Assembly (NCBI GenBank): GCA_963734545.1
Contig: CAVTHO010000003.1
Coordinates: forward strand, 256,001-320,000
Source: an uncultured Spirochaetota bacterium
Lineage (GTDB): Bacteria; Spirochaetota; Spirochaetia; SZUA-6; Fen-1364
DNA: 64,000 bases
Direction of reading: 5' to 3'
The notes beneath the pieces are model-generated. The model had not been told where the DNA came from and made no database searches. It saw only the letters and a program-made list of their open reading frames with translations. Below are positions 59,246 through 64,000 of the stretch, piece by piece. Positions within the stretch are counted from its first letter, which is position 1. Each line of letters opens with the position of its first letter. The position numbers and the translations under genes were made by a program.

Positions 59246-62200
59246 ATGCCTGACCTCGGCATCGACATCGGCTCCATATCCATCAATACCGTCCTCATGA
59301 ACGCCAGCGGGAGCATCCTGGAGAACCACTACGACTATTGCAGCGGAAAGCCGTTCCACGTCGTGCGGACCCGGCTCGCGGACATCCTTGCGCGCCGCGG
59401 CGAGGGCTCCATAGGAACGGTTGCCGTCACCGGCACGGGGGGAGCGCTCGCCGCCGGGCTGATCGGCGGCACATTCGTGAACGAGATCGTCGCCCAGTCC
59501 ACCTCCGTCTGCCGCCTGTATCCGCAGGCCCGGACCATCATCGAGATGGGCGGCGAGGACACCAAGCTCATGTTTCTCCGCGAAGCGGCGCTCTCCGACT
59601 TCGTCATGAACAGCATCTGCGCGGCGGGCACGGGGTCGTTTCTCGATCAGCAGGCGCGCCGGATCAACGTGTCCATCGTGGAGGAGTTCGGCCGTCTCGC
59701 GCTGCTGTCCCGCGACCCGCCGCGGATCGCCGGCCGCTGCAGCGTGTTCGCCAAGAGCGACATGATCCACCACCAGCAGATCGCCACGCCGGTCCACGAC
59801 ATCATCGCGGGCCTCTGCTTCGCCGTGGCGAGGAATGTCAAAAGCACCCTCGCGCGAGGCAGGGACCTCGAGAAGCCTGTCGTGTTCCAGGGCGGCGTGG
59901 CGGCGAACGCCGGGATGGTCAGGGCGTTCCGTGAGCTGTTCGGCCTGCGGGACGGTGAGCTCATCATCCCCGACCACCACGCCTCCATGGGGGCCATCGG
60001 CGCGCTGTTTCACGTCGCGGCTCGGCCCCCTGGCGCCCGTGGGGATTTCAAGGGCCTCGCCGCGCTGGACCGGTACCTGGCCTCGGGAGGGTCCGACGGG
60101 GACCACCTCGACCCGCTCGTTCCGCCGCGCGCGGTTTCCGTCACCGAGCCCGTTCCCCTTACCGAGGGAGACCGCCGGCTGCCCGTTTTTCTCGGTGTCG
60201 ACGTCGGCTCCCTCAGCACGAATGTCGTGCTCATCGACGGGCGGAACAGGGTGATCGCCCGGCGGTACCTTCCCACGGCAGGCAGGCCCCTCGAGGCGAT
60301 CCAGAAGGGCCTGCAGGAGATCGGCGGCGAGGTGGGGGCGAAGGTGGAGGTGAAGGCGGCGGGGAGCACCGGCTCGGGCCGGTACCTGACGGGAGACTTC
60401 GTCGGCGCGGACCGGATCGTGAACGAGATCACCGCGCAGGCCACCGCGGCCATCGCTGTCGATCCCACGGTGGATACGATCTTCGAGATTGGAGGGCAGG
60501 ATTCGAAGTTCGTCTCGGTCGAGAACGGCGTGGTCGTGGACTTCGAGATGAACAAGGTCTGCGCGGCGGGAACCGGTTCGTTCCTGGAGGAGCAGGCCGA
60601 GAAGCTCGGGGTGAAAATCGCCGGAGAGTTCGGCTCACTGGCCCTTTCCGCCGGTGCTCCCGCGCACATGGGAGACCGCTGCACGGTCTTCATGGAGTCC
60701 GATCTCAACACCCGGCAGCAGAAAGGCGCGGCAAGGGAGAACCTGATCGCGGGGCTGGCCTACTCGATCGTGCAGAACTACCTGCAGAAGGTAGTCGGCG
60801 AGAAGACGATCGGGACAAGGATCTTCTTCCAGGGTGGCGTGGCGCACAACAGGGCCGTGCTGTCCGCTTTCGAAAAGGTGGTCGGCCGGCCCATCGTGGT
60901 GCCGCCTCATTTCGACGTGACGGGCGCCATCGGCGCCGCAATGCTCGCCCGGGATTCCACGAATGGCGGAGGCAGCAGGTTCAAGGGATTCGCCATCGCC
61001 TCCCGGCCCTGGTCCCAGGACAGGTTCACCTGCAAGTCATGTCCCAACCAGTGCGAGATCAGCAGGGTAAGGATCGCGGGGGAGGAGAAGCCGCTCTTCT
61101 ACGGCGGGCGATGCGAGCGCTACGAGGTGGCGGAGAGGAGGAACAGGGGAAAAGACATTCCCGATCTCTTTGCGGAAAGAATGCGCCTGCTCCTGGACGG
61201 GTTCGAGGAAGCTGGATCTGCCAATGAAAACACGCGCGCGGCACAAGGACCGGTGATCGGTCTGCCCCGGGCCCTTTCGGTCTTCCACCAGCGCTTCCCT
61301 TTCTGGCGGACGTTTTTCAGCGAGCTGGGGATGCGGGTCGTTCTTTCGCGGCCGACCGACCAGGCATTGATCTCGCGTTCCCTCGAGACGCTCGCCGCCG
61401 AGACCTGCTTCCCCGTGGAGGTGATGCACGGGCACGTGCTCGACCTTCTGGAAAAAGGCGTGGACGGGATTTTCCTTCCCTTTGTCGTGAACGAAGAGGC
61501 CGTATCCGGCAACCCGACGCACAACTGCAACTGTCCGTGGATCCAGACGTATCCCTTCATCGTGAAAAACGCGCTGAAAGAGGGACGCGATCTTTCGAAG
61601 CTCCTCATCCCCACGCTCCACTTCCGCTACTCGCGGGGGCTTCTGCACGCGGAGCTCGCCCGGTTCATGCGGGAAAAGTTCGGCGTCGTTTCGCGTGAGG
61701 TCTCGCGGGCGATGAGGAAGGCCGACCGGGCGCAGAAGGATTTCGAGCTTCGGGTGCGCACGCGCGGCAGGCTGGCCCTTGCGTCCCTGATTCCGGGAAG
61801 AACGGCGGCGGTCATCCTCGGCAGGCCCTACAACTACGGGGACCCGGCCATGAACCTGCGCATCGTGGAGAAGCTCATCAGCCTCGATGTGCTTCCGATC
61901 CCCGCGGATTTCCTGCCGCTCGAAGAGGAGGCTGTCTTCGGAGAGTATCCGTCGATGTACTGGCCGAACGGCCGCAGGATCCTGCAGGCTGCCCGTATCG
62001 TGGCGCGGGACGCGCGGCTGCAGGCCATTCACCTCGGGAACTTCCGCTGCGGTCCGGACTCGTTCATTTCTCATTTCGTGCGTGAAGAGCTCCGGGGCAA
62101 GCCCTACCTGCAGCTCGAGATGGACGAGCACAGCGCCGACGCCGGGCTCGTCACCCGGCTGGAGGCCTTCTTCGACAGCGTGAGGGGCAGGCGGGAGGCA

Positions 62201-63516
62201 GGTTCGGGAAGTCCCGTCCGGCCCCGGCGCCGCGGGCGGCCCGGCCCGATACGCGCACGACCCGGCCCCCGGCGCCGCGGACGGCCCGGCCCGATACGCG
62301 CGCGCGGACCCTCTACTTTCCGTACATGTCCGACGGCGCGTTCGCGCTTGCCGCCGCCTGCCGATGCTGTGGAATGAAAGCGGAGGTCCTGCCGGCGCAG
62401 GACGAGCGGGACATAGAGCTCGGCAGGAGGCATACGTCGTCCCGCGAATGCTTCCCCATGATCTGCACGACCGGGAGCTTTCTCCGCAAGCTTCAGGAGC
62501 CGGGTGTCGACCCCGCGCAGGTCAGCTTCTTCATGCCGGATCACAACGGTCCGTGCAGGTTCGGCCAGTACAATCGGCTGCAGCGGATCATCCTGGACAG
62601 GCTCGGATTCACCGACGCCGAGATCGTGCACCCCAGCAACGAGGACTCCTACGCGGGGCTGACCGCCGGCAGCGGCGTCAGGTTCCGGCTCGCCGTCTGG
62701 CGGGGCATCGTGGCCGTCGATATTCTGCGCAAGCTGCTGCTGGAGCGCCGCGCTTACGAGGTGCGGCCCGGCGAGGCGGAGGCGGTTTACCGGCGCCAGC
62801 TCGCGCGTGTCGTGGAATGCATCGAGCAGGGCGGCGGCCGCATCGGACGCGTGCTGAGGAGCGCGTGCGCCGACTTCTCCCGGGTCCAGGTGAACCGGGT
62901 GAAGAGGAAGCCCGTCATCTCCGTGATCGGGGAAATATTCATGAGGGACAACCCGTTCTGCAGCGGTAACCTCGTGAACAAGCTCGAGCGGCTCGGCGCG
63001 GAGATCCTCATCAGCCCCGTGCGAGACTGGGTCAGCTACTCCACCTACCGGTTCACGCGCGACAGCAGGCGGAAAGGCAGACCATGGGGGTTCGTGCGCT
63101 CGAAGCTCCAGGCGCTCCTCCAGGGCTTTATCGAAGAGAGGCTCGTTCGTCTTGCGGAACAGGGCGGAGCCGAGATGCACCGGGACATCCCCGTGCGGAA
63201 AATGCTCGAACTGTGCATGCCGTATCTCCACAGGGATTATGACGGAGAGCCCGTGATCGCGATGGGAGGTGTCGCCGGTCAGTGCATGACAGGCATATCA
63301 GGGGTCGTGCACCTCCTGCCGTTCACCTGTCTGCCGGGTACGCTGGTATCGGCCATGTCACCGGGATTCAGCCAGGACCACGAGGGGCTCCCGTGGATCA
63401 ACATCGCCTACGACGGACAGGAGGAGGCAAGCGTGGACACGCGGCTGCAGGCCTTTTTGTATCGTGCGGAGGAATACGCGCAGCGCAACGGCCACGACGC
63501 GCCCCGGGCGTGGTGA
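59246..63516 (+). CDS. Fused activase-activase-DUF2229-dehydratase/reductase protein, PlsA (plasmalogen synthase)-like; 1-nt frameshift at ~62222
   Basis: Two ASKHA activase modules (GIDIGS / GVDVGS, CAAGTGSFL twice, RCSVF / RCTVF), plus CKSCPNQC, ETCFP, FRCGPD, RECFP, GPCRFGQY and PFTCLP. Confidence 0.8.
62218..62305 (+). repeat. Two-copy ~45-bp tandem repeat in the inter-domain linker
   Basis: ccggcccc(c)ggcgccgcggRcggcccggcccgatacgcgc occurs twice; copy 1 has one C fewer. Confidence 0.9.
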
Positions 63517-63553
63517 CGCGCTCTTCTTCACGCACCGGTGCCGCGCGGGCCCC

Positions 63554-64000
63554 CTATGCGCGCCCCGTGTCGATCAGGGTCAGGAAATCGTTCCAGCGAT
63601 AACCGCTTTTCGCGGCGGCCTCCAGGAGAGGAGCGATGTCCGGCGTGCGTTCGCTGTCCGTGGATTGAACCAGCGCAGCAAGACACGAGAGCAGCAATTC
63701 CAGCGCTTCCTTGCTGAACCAGCGGACACCTTCGAACTCATTGACACGCAGGAAGCCCTCCGCAGCGGGGATTCGAAGAAGCTCCTGCATTGCCGACTGC
63801 TCCCGGATTTCTCCGCGCGTCGGCGCGCGCTTCGCCGGTGTGCGCCGGGCAGGCCGGCGGGAAACCTTTGCCGGCCGGCGCGAACTCCCCCCGAGGCTTT
63901 CGCCGTGCAGGGCAACGTCGAAAAGCGCGGGAAACGCCGCGGCTGACTGCGTGTCCCACCCCGCGCGCGCGAGGTAGTCGGAGAGAATCGGCGCGAGCAT
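63554..64000 (-). CDS. C-terminal end of a protein (truncated by window), possibly a large GH13 alpha-amylase-family protein
   Basis: FLRVNEFEGVRWFSKEALE and AAKSGYR resemble tails of large spirochaete/Chloroflexi amylase-domain proteins as I recall them. Confidence 0.45.
   Translation of the reverse strand: MLAPILSDYLARAGWDTQSAAAFPALFDVALHGESLGGSSRRPAKVSRRPARRTPAKRAPTRGEIREQSAMQELLRIPAAEGFLRVNEFEGVRWFSKEALELLLSCLAALVQSTDSERTPDIAPLLEAAAKSGYRWNDFLTLIDTGRA

Overview
High-GC bacterial chromosomal window, most likely from an anaerobic member of the Spirochaetia. This is inferred from the lipoprotein and solute-binding-protein N-termini and from spirochaete-like hypothetical proteins. It holds about 60 genes. 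In order: an adenylate cyclase tail; a gluconate/sugar-acid cluster; a MoxR-DUF58 operon; a divergent menA / fixC-fixX-SCP2 locus; a sigma54 two-component system next to a perfect -24/-12 promoter driving a Cys-rich miniprotein and a large NAD-glutamate dehydrogenase; PolX; a small regulator / exported-protein unit; transaldolase; and two modular surface lipoproteins that share a duplicated ~780-bp 5' half. Next is a ~14-kb lower-GC catabolic block abutting the 3' end of tRNA-Leu(GAG), with a GntR regulator, PfkB kinase, LIV-type ABC transporter, a 2-oxoacid dehydrogenase with a split E2, three CoA-transferase subunits and an amidohydrolase. After it come nagA, a probable arginine synthetase-OTC pair, housekeeping genes and a fused PlsA-like (plasmalogen/ether-lipid) enzyme. 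Many genes outside the island carry single-base frameshifts, often in homopolymers, which look like long-read errors. No CRISPR array, rRNA, integrase or transposase was seen. All functional calls come from motif recognition by eye, not from database searches.
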